Shown here: piece by piece, positions 27,600 to 42,551 of the stretch
How positions within the stretch are numbered: the stretch's first letter is position 1
Layout of the letters: each line of letters starts with the position of its first letter
Position numbers and translations under genes: made by a program
NCBI RefSeq assembly: GCF_009914755.1
Contig: NC_060927.1
DNA length: 64,000 nt
Origin: the human T2T-CHM13v2.0 reference genome, Homo sapiens
Strand: one strand, 5' to 3'
Notes under the pieces: generated by a model
Told to the model about the DNA's origin: nothing
Seen by the model: the letters and a program-made list of their open reading frames with translations, nothing else
Databases searched by the model: none

Positions 27600-27960
27600 T
27601 GGGTTGGTGATGTGGCCATCTCTCATTTTGACCACTGCACAACTCCTCCTTGGTCTTCCTGCTAAACGTTATCCATCCTCTAATCAATTGCCAGTCTGCA
27701 GCTGACAAAATGATCCTTTTCTCCAATTGCTTTGACTGTAATTCTTTTCTCATTTCTTTCCTCCCATAGCTGCATAATCTAGTCATTAGGCTGGAGAATA
27801 TCAGCTCTCATCCCACAGCTTTTCATCAAAGAGTGTTAGATTTGTTTTCTCTGTCCTTACCCATACCCTCTTTACTGATATTGCCTGGCAGTCTTACCAC
27901 ATCCCTTTTTACATTCAGCCTACTTGCCTCCTTTTCTCTTCAGAGCATTCTCTGCCTTGG
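27600..27960 (+). mobile_element. LINE-2 fragment
   Basis: 'ccatctctcattttgaccactgcacaactcctccttggtcttcctgct...gcagctgacaaaatgatcctttt'. Confidence 0.55.
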
Positions 27961-28759
27961 CTTACAAGAACTTTGTCTTCTTTCATTACACTTTTAATAG
28001 AAATTTGGTACGATTTTATAATTTATAAAATGAACAGAGGGAAATGGGAAAAAGAAATAAGAACATAATGTTATCAACTCAGTATATGTACTATCGTAGT
28101 GTTAGTATATTTCTTTTCTTCCGCATTATATTAAAAAATTCAGTATCAAGTTTATATCTAATTTGTATCTTTTTTCTAAGTACTATATTATAAGGATTTT
28201 ATAAATATAAAACATTTTTGTATGAACAGCAATTTCCCAGAGGAAAATAACAGTACATGGTGATACACTATAAAGTATTCCATTTAATGATATAGTTAAA
28301 AATAAAATTAATAATGTGACTGAATTATTCTGGCAATTAAAAAGAATTATCAATTATCAGCAATAGATGGAGTCATCCAGAGATGGGAAGATGAAATCTT
28401 TTTAAATAAGACAATGTCATGAGTAGACATGCTCTGTATAAGAAACAAATGCATAAAGAATCTGGTAAAAAGCTAGACTGGAGGAAACAGAATACTCGTA
28501 TACACATAGGAAGGAAGCAGATATTTTATGTTCAAAGTCAAGTCTTTAGCACCAAGGAGTATTTGTTGTTATATAACCAAACCTAAAATTAGCATTTGAA
28601 AGACTTAACAAGGAATATTTTCTCATGTAAAATGTTATTCAGTTCCAAATTCCTTATGTATTAAGAGATGCATCAGCATATCAAGAGTGGGGTCATTTCA
28701 AGAAAGGACTGTGGAAATAACCTTTGTTACTCCTAAAGAAATTGCAAGTTCCTAGATGA

Positions 28760-28965
28760 TTAATAATAATTGTTTATATTACTATAGCAAAAGTGTTATA
28801 AGGTCACTTTTGTATTAATTATCTCCTTTTATGTTCTCAACAGAGTTGTAAAGTAGGTTTTATAATCATCCTATTTATAAATGGATAAACCAAGGTCGGG
28901 GAAGTTAAGTGATTTACTGAAGATGGTGAAGTTAGTAATGGGTATACAAACCTGGACTACTGATT
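28760..28965 (-). mobile_element. MIR SINE
   Basis: 'aagtaggttttataatcatcctatttataaatggataaaccaaggtcggggaagttaagtgatttactgaag' matches the MIR core in antisense. Confidence 0.8.
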
Positions 28966-31900
28966 TATTCTGTTTTTTTGTTTGTTTTTTGTTTTTTTCT
29001 AAAGTGCTGCTTTTTCTAATAATTTTAGGGAGGTAGGCTTTGGGAAGAATGTCAGAGAATGTAAAGAGCTCAACTTTGAATTTTTAATATTATTCCCTTC
29101 TTGGTTGTTTGATATGTGTCCAGCTATGTAGAAAGTATGTTTTCTAAGCTTTCGCAAAGAAACGCTTCAGTGAATATGAAATGTCTTCTCAGCCTTACAG
29201 CTATTATTCTGATGTCCTCTGGCAATTACTTTTGTAAAGAAGACAGAAGCCCTTTGCTTCTTTTGAAAATTATCAACCTGGATGCTTCTAAGATTTTAAA
29301 ATAGATTCTTAAAATATTAAACCTTTCGAACTCCTGCTTAATTGAGGATTCATTAATGTTGTCTGTGAGGTGGTGAGAATGTGTAATCCTCATATTAAGT
29401 ACATTTTTCATTTCAAAATTTATTTTTAGTTATTACAGCCAGAATTATGCTTGATTTTCCCTCTAACATTCCCAAGGTCAATCCTCAACTCCAATCTATC
29501 ATATATGTCATCTTCTTTCCCAGTGTTTTAATTCAGATGTCATAGTATCTCCCTATTTCCTGGGAGCTTTTCAATTTCCTCTAATTCCTTTATTTGGGTT
29601 CTAATATCAGAGATGCTCTTTATTTCTAACTCAGATTTTAGCTATTCAATCACATTTTTAATTTCCTTGCATTTCTTTTTTACTTCATACATTTTTATCA
29701 TGTATTTCTTATTTATTATTTTTACTTGATTTTTTCATTTCTCTCCTCCTATTTCATTGAGTCCACCTATCTTGTATCTTATTGAGTATATGACTAAGAA
29801 AATGTCCTGTGTAGGGTAATTAGTATGTATGGCAAAGCCCTATCTATGTTTTTGTTTTGTTTACTCATCCACGAATGAGGAAATTTTATCCAATGTTTGT
29901 GTTTTCCAACAGAGTGCTCAGATCACATTTGATTCCACTTTCTGGCAGCATGAATGTTGAATAAATGCCCCTCATATGCAAATGAAAGGGAGGAAAATGT
30001 GCATATTTCCTGAACCAGTTCCTGGTGTCTAAATGGCATGCAACTACTATAGACCTGTTAGAATACGATGCAGTTTTCTATTCTCACCATCTTTTGGCCT
30101 GATAGTCTGAATAGAGGAAGTACATAGAAGAGAGTAATACCTAATTTTTACAAGGGCAATGCCTGTATTAATTGTGTCTATTTTACTTTAAAGTGTTCAA
30201 ATTTCCTTCCTGACACTGCAAGCAAGTGCCAATTCTCCATATAACAAGGTGTATAATGTACCTAGAGTATATGTGCTCTAGGTAAGATAAACATACAAGT
30301 TATTGTCCATAAAAGGAAAAATTGAGAATGAAAGAGCTCTCTATTAATAGTTATGTCAGGGCCCCAGAACATACTAGGATTGTCCCTGGCAAACTGGGAA
30401 GTATGCTCACCTAAATTCTAAAACTGTTCAGATGGATAAAGAAGAGGTTCTTAGATCTAAAAATTCGTTGGCTAAAGAATAATATTCTGCTCCTTGAAAA
30501 CATAGCCACTATGTGGTAGAAGGATGGACACTAAGTTTTCAAGTGAGTGGCACATGCCTTGCACATTTGGAGCAACCAAGAGACTCCTGTACACATTTTA
30601 GTTTTGTGATGCTGGAATTTTGCTCTTGCAATTGCATAGGAAGGGAAAATAAATAATTCTTTACGTCAGTTTAGTTATGTTGGTCTTGTAGTTCAGATAT
30701 ATTTTCCTGAAATGCTTCTGATATGTTGATGAGTCCCATTGTCCAATTTTATCATGAGCTTTCATTTTTTTTCTGTCTCCATAATTATATTGTTGAATAG
30801 CAGGAGAAAGTAAATCAGGCCATGCTAGCAATATGTCATTTGAATTTCTGTTTCTATTTCATTCAACTTGATAATATATGTTCTTAATCATGTGCTGAAA
30901 TCTACTTCACATTAACTCTTTATGTATTGTGTTTAATAAATATATGTTCAGTTTTTGCCATCACTTTTTGTCATAGATTAGCAGCTCCCACAGGGTATGA
31001 AACAACAAATTGACTCAATAAAAATTTATGTTGATTATCTACTATTGTACCATATTTTTTAACTTACTTGAAATATATTCAATACACTTTACCCAAATGA
31101 ATAGATGTCAAATATTTTACTGCTAGTAACAAAGTATGTACCATAAAGTGAAACATTCCTAATTGTCTTATTTAGTTTTATTAGTGACCACCTTAAAGTT
31201 CACTCTAGTGATTTAAATATATTACCGGGTTTACCATGATGCACACCTAACCTCTTAATGGCTGACTGTGTCAATATTGGGCATAAGCCAGAAGGATACT
31301 GCTCCCAATGTACAAATAAGCCGGCGGCTGCTTCGAAGGCATGTAATGAAATGATAAAGTGTGCTTAAGCAGAAGAGATTTCAAAATGTAAAATTGTGTT
31401 TTCACCCTCATGATCTAGTTTTAAGTAATATATTACTTCTCTATTATATGCAACCTTGGCTATTTTATTGATAAGAAGAAATTAAATTTGCAGAGTAGTC
31501 ACTTACTAGTGCAAATTTAATACATGAAGTTTTCTTCTCACTAAATTTCTTGTGGCTGGTTGGATTATCGTGATCTTTTATTCTATCACCCAATATCCAG
31601 TCTGCTGTGCAGTAGATGTCAGTCATGAGAGTGCTGCCACCTCCAACCACGACCTTCTGGCACTTCCACATCCCAAAATGCTAAATGTGGCATTACAGAA
31701 ACAATTTAAATTTTCAGATCCAAAATTCCATATGCACCAAAAAAACAAAGGGTCTGGCCACATTAAAAAGTGGGTTACAGAAGGACAATATGATGCACAT
31801 ACCTCCATCTCTATTCCAGAAGTGCTCATCAGAAATAAAATTATAAAAGATGCTGGTAGAGCTACCTGTTTAATAAGTGATTGAAACCGACTGTAATTTA

Positions 31901-32175
31901 GCATCTTAAACTTACGTATGTATCTAACCTTTTGCATCTGTTGTACAACAGATTTATTAAAATCTATACAACAAAGATAGTAAATTATCATATCTGTTTT
32001 GTTGATTATAACTGATTATTGTTCAGACGATAATGTATCTTTTTAAGTTCTTCTTTCTTACATAGATTAGCTTCAATGGTAATTATTTGATGGTCTCATA
32101 TTAATTCCTTTACCATAAGTTCATTAACAAATGGTTTTCAGGTTACATGGATATTTATTTAAAATATATTTTACT

Positions 32176-32503
<328 letters not shown>

Positions 32504-32686
32504 TTTAAAATACTTTTTTTTAATCTAACTGGGAAAAATAATATGAACAAAACTTCTTGGCTAAATTGATAAGTCTACACAATAGCAATCACTGTTAAAA
32601 CTCTAACATTCATAGTAAAAAATCATAATTTACTTCCCAGTTTGAAAATTATTTTTAGATATCTACATGCTACTGATGGAATCTGA

Positions 32687-33528
32687 ATATATATATACAC
32701 ATATATAGTATAAATATACACATATACACACATATAGTATATATACACATATATACACATATATACATATATAGTATATATACACATATATACATATATA
32801 GTATATATACACATATATACATATATAGTATATATACACATATATACATATATAGTATATATACACATATATACATATATAGTATATATACACATATATA
32901 CATATATAGTATATATACACATATATACATATATAGTATATATACACATATATACATATATAGTATATATACACATATATACATATATAGTATATATACA
33001 CATATATACATATATAGTATATATACACACATATACACATATATACATATATAGTATATATACACACATATACACATATATACATATATAGTATATATAC
33101 ACACATATACACATATATACATATATAGTATATATACACGTATATACATATATACATATATAGTATATATACACGTATATACATATATACATATATAGTA
33201 TATATACACGTATATACATATATACATATATAGTATATATATACACGTATATACATATATACATATATAGTATATATATACACGTATATACATATATACA
33301 TATATAGTATATATACACGTATATACATATATACATATATGTATATATACACGTATATACATATATGTATATATACACATATATACATATATACATATAT
33401 AGTATATACACATATATACATATATGTATATATATACACATATATACATATATACATATATGTATATATATACACATATATACATATATACATATATAGT
33501 ATATATATACACATATATACATATATAT
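32687..33528. repeat. TA-rich compound minisatellite (27-bp and 35-37-bp units)
   Basis: About ten copies of tatatacacatatatacatatatagta, followed by longer variants, some containing cacgta. Confidence 0.97.
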
Positions 33529-33879
33529 GATTTGTTCTATATATTTTGCATACCAATTTGATACTTCACATATTAAAAACTTCCTCTACTTCATTTTAAC
33601 AGATGACAATGCTTGGTTTTGCGTGATTTTGACCTATAAGTAGAAAATATAGTATTTTGTGACATCTACATTTCAGTGTCAAGATATCAATGAGAAAAAA
33701 AGGGAAAACAAAGCAGCAACTAAGCTCATTTAGTGTTTTGATGCTAGAACATAAAACAGTGATGGCTCAAATAAAAATATGTGTTCAAATGCAATGTACT
33801 TGCATGTTGCAAATTTATATATGATTCAAAAAACAAACAAAAAAAACAGCATTTCTTCAGCCTCTTTCAATAAGATATA

Positions 33880-34005
33880 GAAATAGCACTGGATTGGGAA
33901 ACAGAAAACCTGATTCCTCAGACAACTCTACGGGTAACTAACTGTGCTATGGTGGCAGTTGCTTCAACTTTCTAGGCTTCAGTGTTCTTATCTGAAAGAT
34001 AATAA
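33880..34005 (+). mobile_element. MIR fragment
   Basis: 'agcactggattgggaaacagaaaacctg...ctaactgtg...gttgcttcaactttctaggcttcagtgttcttatctgaaa'. Confidence 0.7.
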
Positions 34006-34148
34006 AGTAAAATATTATAGTCATCGATGTCATTTCTAGACCAAAACCCCAATTCTATGTGCTTATTTGAGAGGGAGTCTAAAATTTCAAGAATCCTCAC
34101 CTGGCTGTAAAAACCACTAAAAATGAAGCACAGGTAATGACATATCAA

Positions 34149-34424
34149 TTTTTTGTTGTTGTTTGAGATAGGGTCTCGCTCTGTCACCTGGGCTGGAGTG
34201 CAGCGGCACCCTCATGGCTCACTGCAGCCTTGACATTATGGGCTCAAGCAATCCTGATCCTTCCACCTCAGCCTCCCAAGTAGCTGAGACTAAAGGCATG
34301 CACTACCACCACTAGCTGTTTTATTATTATTATTATTTGTAGATAAAGTGTCTCACTACGTTGCTCAGGCTAGTCTGAAACTCCTGGGCTCAAGTGATCC
34401 TCCCATCTCTGCCTTCCAAAGTGC
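34149..34424 (-). mobile_element. AluJ lacking its first ~30 nt
   Basis: gagatagggtctcgctctgtcacc...ctcctgggctcaagtgatcctcccatctctgccttccaaagtgc. Confidence 0.93.
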
Positions 34425-36814
34425 CAAATATCCAAATGCAATGATGTTATATGATAGGGAGATTAAATATGAAGATTGCTTTTTGATTTTGATTCTAGAA
34501 ATATGTGAGAATTTTGTCTAGATGAAAGCAGCAAGTGTATAGCAGATAATAGGAAACATCAAGCCATGGCACTGTAATTGTCTGGGCTATCCCTTCAAAT
34601 TTGTTAACTAACTTCCTTTCTCGTTCATGCACCTATTTAAGGCCACAAAAGGAGTTTTCTGGTCTTAAATTACTTTCTACTTCTCTAAATCCAGACATGA
34701 TTTTCCATATACTTTGATAATTTTCAAAGGGCAGATATACAATAGTCTTAACTTTTTAAGTTAGCAATGTAATAAATTAGTGTCTGGACTTCGTCGTCTG
34801 TGATACATGTCATGATACATGTCACTTATCCTGTGTCTCATGATAGGTGTAATTTAAACTGTGCCCCTCGTTGGCTCTGGCAACTCCTTTCTCATATGGA
34901 TTAAGACAGTCCTCTTATTTTTAAGAATTAGAAAACAATAACTCTTCCAACAAATTTATGTGAGCCCTGAAAGTAAGCACTTTATCAATCTAAATTAGAC
35001 CATAAGTGTTTTGTTTAGTGAAGCATAGGTTACAGTTCATTGGGTCAGTAACATTAAATAATTATCATATTAGAATAACAGGATTTCCTGAACTTCTTAA
35101 ACCCATTGGTCAATTCACAAATCAATCCATATCTTTCTTTAGGGAAATTAAATAAAAATTAATGTTCCTATGGTTGCATTAATGTAATGCTTATTTACTA
35201 TTTTAAGTTGAATAAACTGAAAAGTTTCTCAAGAGTCTAGAATTCAGTATTTTTCTACTATTTGCATGGGGAAAACAAAGCTTGCTTATAAAGTATCATA
35301 AGTTATTTGAGCAAAATATATATCTCCCTGATATTATTCGTACTATACTTAATATTTTGAAATTAGTTTTAGCTTTTGAATCTAGACTTACATATTACAT
35401 GCTTTTAAACAGATACTAAACATTTGACGGAAATACTAGAAAAATGTATCCATAGAAGCCGCTAGGTAGGAATGAACAAAGGAATTTCTAAAAGGGTCTA
35501 AAAAGGGTCTCTCTTTGCAGGTAAATAATCAAAAAGAAATGGAGAACAGGCCAGACATTTATGACACATTGATAGAATTATTTCTGAAAAGGATTTTTCT
35601 TTCCAAAATGAAATATGTTTTTCTTCAAGTTCCATCTCTCTAGATGGCCGATCTATAATGAGCTGAAGAAGGGATTTTGCTCTTTCCCAAAAGTGTTTTC
35701 TGAATGATCAGAAAGAACTAGTTCCATTTCTTTCCAAGTTGAGCCAGAATGTCACAAATCAAGAAAGGTGAAGTTTTTCAGCAAAAGGGATAGTAAATGC
35801 ACTGAACTTTCACAAGCTGCTGTAGTATTGTATTTTTTCTTTCTTTCTTTTTTTTTTTTTTTTTTGGTACGTGTATAAAATGTATTGATAAAAGAATCTG
35901 TGCACCTCTGACACTATTGGAAGCAAATGAAAATATCGTGGGGAGAAAATAAAGTTGAGGTTAGCAAGATCAGTCCTAACCATAGCATTTATGAAACATA
36001 AAACAAGTTGGACCAGCTTTAAAACTGTGCAGGATAAGACACTCACATGCATCCAACTGGAAAAAGATAATTTTCATAATATTAACTGGTCATTAACTGA
36101 CTTTTTTCTTTTTACTAAAACTAACTCTTCCTAGTTACGTTTAGCTTTGGAATTTCTGCATTCGAATATTGGAATTTTCTTTGACTTACTTAGATCTGTT
36201 CTTATGTGTATGTATGCAGAAAACGTGTGCATTGTCATTTTATCTGTGTGTATGTGTCCATCTAAGTAGAATTTATGGAATATCTAAGTTCTTGAATATA
36301 AGCCTTGAATTAAGATACAGACAAATTCTCAGAAACAAACAAAAATGTATATATTTCTAACTCAATTTCACTTCTTTTGGCACTGGTGATCAATAAAAAG
36401 TATAGAGTTGATTATAGAATTTCAAAGTGTTAATTAATAATTAGTAATAAGCAGGGAATGTTAACCTCCCTCTTTTTCAGCAGCCAGGAAACTGGCATTC
36501 AGAGATTAACCAAGAAGTTCAGTTTAGAGGAGGAGGATATTTTGCAAACCTTAAAATACAAAATGCCACTGACAGTCAAGAAGCATCTATCTCTATTTAA
36601 CTCCCATCACAGTCTAGAACAGAAGCTATGTTTTCTTTTTTTTTTTTCCCTCACAGCTGCTGAGAGCAGCCTTAGGTGTACAGTAACTCAGATCTCCTTT
36701 TTGTCTGCTTTCATTTCCAGTTTTTTTTTTTTTCTTTTCCTCATCCATTTTCATTCTTTTTTTTGATTCTAGCTAAAAATGTGATCATTTTGCTGTATGA
36801 TTCCCTGTGATAAA

Positions 36815-37239
36815 TATATTAGTTAGGTAAAGCTAGCTCCTATAACAGATAGATCCCAGTTGCATAATTGATTAAGCAGCTGAGATACACATATTTTTTC
36901 TTGTTCGCATATTGATCCCAAGAGTGGGCCTCTTCCCCAAAGAAATTCAGGAAAACAGGCTGACAAACAAGAGCCTTGTCATCTTCTTAAAACACAAAAC
37001 AAAATAAAAAAGACCTGTCAAAATGTCATAGTCAGCCAGAAGAAGAAGAAAACATAGCAGAGTGGTGTGAAACTTTTTAATGGCTCAACCCCAGGAAATA
37101 AACAGCCCCTTTTCCTTACGTTCCTTTGTCATTTAGCCACACAGTCACACTTAATGGAAGAGTAAGATGGGCAATGCAGACCAGCTGTAAAGATAGGTAC
37201 TGGAGGAAAAGTGTTTTCATAGCTAGCAGTCTCTGCACA
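36815..37239 (-). mobile_element. Old MLT1-type LTR
   Basis: 'tattagttaggtaaagctagctcctataaca...attcaggaaaacaggctgac...gcagtctctgcaca'. Confidence 0.65.
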
Positions 37240-40166
37240 AGGAACTTAACATTAAATGCTACTCTTAGTCCATTTAACCCTGTCACAAAAACATCTATAT
37301 CCCCAAATCTGTATTTTCAGATGACAGAAATGGCCAACATAAAAAGTCTTTCACTTATTTGTATAATCAATATACCAATTTTTAAACTTTGTCAAATAAG
37401 CATTTGTATGATTACTTGTTTAGGAGTTCATTAGTTGGATTATCACTTTTCCATACAATGGTATTGCTTTCAGGCACATTTACATCTGAAATAATCAACA
37501 ACATAGGATATCTTTCAGAGAAAGACTAGAGATTGATGCTTATTGGTTTAATGTCCTTGATTTCTCATACTTTAAGTTCCGTGAGTGCTGGGGTTCGTGC
37601 CAATCTTGATCATTCCTGATCCTCAGTATTAAAAATGATGCAGTTTTCATGGAAAGTATTACTAAATAAATATGTACAAGTGTGTGGTGAATGAATACAG
37701 AAATACTAGAAATTGATGTAATTTTATCTTAATAGACAAAATTTTAATATCGATAGACTATTTCCTTTTCAAAGGGACATATTTTACCTATCCAGGAAAG
37801 CATAATCTTGTTTTTGGAGGCTGATACTTTTTGCTTTGAAAGTTGTATTTGAAAAATTGTTTTCATTAACCTTGGCACGTAGCTTTTGTACTTTTCATTA
37901 GATCCTTTATCTACATTTTTAAAGCCTCATACCTCTATTTCCTCTTCATTTTTTTTTAACTAAAGAACAGGAATATTGTGTTTCTAACTGAAAATAACTA
38001 AAAGGAATCTAAGAACAAATACGGTAAATGTCTCTCAACAAACAGTTGTACAGTCTCCTGGTTTAGATGGACAGGAGAAAATAATATTCGGATGATTTCC
38101 ACATGCATATCGGTGTTCTTAAATTTAATGTTGATAGCCTACAGATATTTTATGCAGTATTATTTATGGTAGAATTTCTTAACATAAGAAAAAGGCAATT
38201 AATCACAGAAAGGCAATAATTTTCAGCAGTTTAAAGAGGAAGATTCTATAGTCACCATATGCCAAGCAGAATGCACAAGGAAATGTTTTAATATGTAGAT
38301 AGTCCAGAAGTGGTTTTCATCTGTAAAAATTATGATGCATCTTATTTAATGCTAAATTTTATTACCTTTTTTGCAAAAATATTATCCTCATGAAACATTT
38401 TTATTAGTCTCTTGCAACCAGAAATATTGCTACTGTTTATCTTCCCTAGTTTTTTTTTTAATCCTAAGAATAGCTCTGGAATTAGAAAAATTGTGGTTTT
38501 CTTTAAAACTTCAATTTTAATCTTTATTTTACTGAAAGATTATGAAGTCTGCTCTCATAATAGGTCACCTAAATTAAGTTAGACATAACATTATGGGCCA
38601 CAATTATTTTGAATAATTTTGGTAGTTATTGTTAGGATTGGGAAGCCTATGAAAACACTCGGAAAGTAGCAGAGTGGTAGAGTTGAATTATATTTCAACA
38701 CCGATAGAACCACTAGGTTCAGTGTAATTAAATTTTCATGATACACATGTATATAGTTAAATCATTGCTAGTCAGTTAAATCTAGAAAATACACATACAT
38801 GCACACACATAATTTCAGATAGATATATATGTGTACTTACATATGCACACACACACACCCTTATATAATCATGAAGATAAGCCCTTTACTATAGCACTTT
38901 TATCATGTGATTTTCATAAACCTACATCAAAAATAAGGAGTGAACAAAATTCAACATTAGAAATAAATGGAATATTTAACATACTTAAGGTGACCATACT
39001 GAGCATCTGTGTAGAGCAGTAAGGATTTTTAGTATCTAATGCAAGTTAAAACCCAAATTTCTAAAGCATACTCAATAGGTTTGTCTCATGACATTTACAA
39101 TTCTTTCAAATCTTTAAATGGGAGTCCATTTACATTTCTGCAAAACAATTTAATTTATCCTACTTTCAAAGCTTTGTGCCCTATTATAGTATAATAATAT
39201 TACTACTGATATCATCAGTTGTATTAATGCAGGAATTAATACTATAATCACTATATTGGTGATTGGTTCAGGTCTTAAAGACATAGTTCAACAAATTTGC
39301 ATAGCATTCAACAGATTGTGATGACTATATTGTAGCTTTATAAACTTGAAAATCAAAATCCACTCGGAATGATTTATTAAGATAATCGTTTGTACTCAGA
39401 ATTTTATAAACTGCTTTTTAAAAATTTGCCTATGCTGAATTTTCTTGTTTTTCTTAGGAATTTTGCTTCCTCCAAATTCAGCTCTATAAAATAGATTTGG
39501 TGCTATACTAAGTGCATTTCTGTTTTACAAGATTACTAGAGGTTGATCTTCCATTATTTCAGTTATATACAATCTGATACAATAAACTTACTGATATGAA
39601 AAAGGAATTATACTCTCATTTATGAGAAAACTATGCTCCAACCCAGAGATTCTATTCAGATAAATCCACTCATGTCCACATGTTATTAGGTACTAAATTA
39701 CCTTTAAAATAATTCAGTAATTTGAAAAGTAGAAGATTTTTATTAAAGGATTTTTAGAGCAAAAGAAGAAACATAATTTTAGTACAGGCAACTATTTCTA
39801 ACACGAATTCATTGATCTAGAAAATTACTTTAATGCACATATCAATATACAAGCCAGTTGCTTTTATTTCAGCAATTAAAAATATCTGTGAATTTCTCTT
39901 GGGGGTTATAATGAGAATATATAAGAAATTTTCATAGTAAAACCATAATTATACTTTCATTATTGTTATACTAGTAAAATGAAGTTTTAATTAATAAAAT
40001 GTTGAAAACAGGGAAAACAAATCACTCATTCTAGGCTTATTATAGTCTTCATTGAGAAAAATACATCTTTAAGTTTTTTTAAATGATAAAACAGACTTAG
40101 TAGCCAAATAGTTTAAGAATTGAAAATTAAAACATTGTAAATCTTAAGGAAAATATGACACACAAA

Positions 40167-40173
<7 letters not shown>

Positions 40174-40206
<33 letters not shown>
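40174..40206. repeat. (AC)n microsatellite
   Basis: Uninterrupted run of ~16 units. Confidence 0.98.
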
Positions 40207-40210
<4 letters not shown>

Positions 40211-41042
40211 GAAAGAGAGAGAAAGATAATGTTATTTTTATGTCTCCAATTTGTGAATACTACTGAAGTCAAATCACCATTTTCATTTTTAATATTATTT
40301 AAAAACCCATACCTGTCATGTCTGGCATAGGAACTTAATAACTTATTATTTGAATGAACAGTTGAATAGAACATCATTTAATGTAAGATCTAGTTTGAAA
40401 TTCCCATCTTGCCATTCTCTAGCTGTTTACTTTTAGATGTATTACTTATCTTTATTTATGTTGTTGACAATAACATACACCTTGAAATTATTTCTGCTCT
40501 TTAATTGTGAGAGAATATATTTTTGTGCACCACAGAAATGTAATATTTCAATATAAGTGTTAAGGCATTTTTGATAAAATATTAGATTTCTAATGCCTTA
40601 CATAAGTAAATACTCAGTGCTAATTGTTTTTACTTCCCAATCCTGGTGATTATATATATTTTTTGTAAATATTACCAAGTCAAAAGAGAAAAATGAATCC
40701 CAGTTACCTCTAGGTATATGGTATTTGCAAAACAGAATAGATGTCTGACACGCCTGAAAGTTCTGCTAAATAATATGACTTAATTTGATATGGTCTTTGA
40801 ATCACAATTTAATGCATTCCTGTGTATTTGTTCCCCTAGTATAAATCAGGTTATACATTATTTATTCATGTTTCCTTTTAAACCGTTTCAAATTCATTGC
40901 TTGTTATATTTCCAGAATGTACATAAATATGCATAGTATTTCTTTCTCTTACTTTCATCTACTTATGCAAATTTTTCATTTTGTATTTCAGCATTATCAT
41001 TTTCATAAATAAATTTTTTATGACATTCTCATGGTATTCTAA

Positions 41043-41394
<352 letters not shown>

Positions 41395-42186
41395 TGCTAT
41401 ATTTTAAACTCAGGTTTTCATGGTTGGTTCTTCTGCTCTCATGTTTTCCTATATTCCTCTACTATTCTTTTTACCTCTTACTCTTTCTCATTTCAATACA
41501 CCTGATTTAAAGTAAAATTCGGTTTATGAAGAGATCTTCCACACTGGCATTATTTAATAGAAGCATGTAAACTCAGTCTTCAATAAGTACTTTCTCTCAA
41601 ATTGTCTAACATGTAGGCAAACCAATTTAAAGAAAAGCTTTTTATGTGTTCCAGTATAGAGCAGTGATAAAAGCCGGTCTGTACCATCAGAAATAATGAA
41701 CAATTTTCGTGAAGCAAACTCTAATGTCAAAGTGGATGAACTCACAGATATTACCCTTATCTCATTTTAATATGCATAGGTATACAAAATATGCATACGT
41801 AGGTGTTATATTGTCTTCAACACCTCGACCAGTGAACAGTACAATCATCCATTATGACTTCTGTGTGAGGGCAAAGAGAGGCGACCTAGGATATTCATAT
41901 GGGCTGAGCCTAATTTGGCTCCTGCCCTAAATAATGGTAGCATGAGGAAAACATTTGGAAATGTTTAGGGGGAATAAAGATAAAAGCAACATTATTAGTC
42001 TGTTTATATTATTTTGGTGTTCAAAAAATTCGCCTGTTGAAAAGCATTATTTACAAATGATGCCATTGTGTTTCCTGTTTCTCAGGAAGATAAAGAAGAA
42101 TCCATATGTGTATATGTGGATATACACACACATATACACAATTTTAAATAAAAATGCTCATTTTAAAAAATTATTCTGAATATAAC

Positions 42187-42551
42187 TTACATGGTTTGGC
42201 TCCGTGTCCCCACCCAAATTTCACCTTGAATTGTAATCCCCATAATCCCCGCATGTCAGGGGAAGGACCACATGGAGGTAATTGAATCATCATGGGAGCA
42301 GTTTCTCCCGTGATGTTCTCGTGATAATGCACGAGATCTGATGGATTTATAAACATTTGGCATTTCCCCTGCTTGCACTCACTCCATCCTGCCACTCTGT
42401 GAAGAAGGTTTCTCCTTTGCCTTCCACCATGATTGTAAGTTTCCTGAGGCCTCTCAACCATGCAGAACTGTGAGTCAATTAAACCTCTTTCCTTTATAAA
42501 TCTCCCAGTCTTGGGTATTTCTTCATAGAAATGTGAGAATGGAATAACACA
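42187..42551 (+). mobile_element. THE1C/D MaLR solo LTR
   Basis: atggtttggctccgtgtccccacccaaat...gtgagtcaattaaacctctttcctttataaat...ggaataacaca. TSD ataac/ataat. Confidence 0.93.

Noticed and set aside
32623-33556. Three 280-299 aa ORFs on the minus strand
   Set aside because: They are translations of the TA minisatellite (Y/I/C/M/V/T only). The repeat simply lacks stop codons on that strand.
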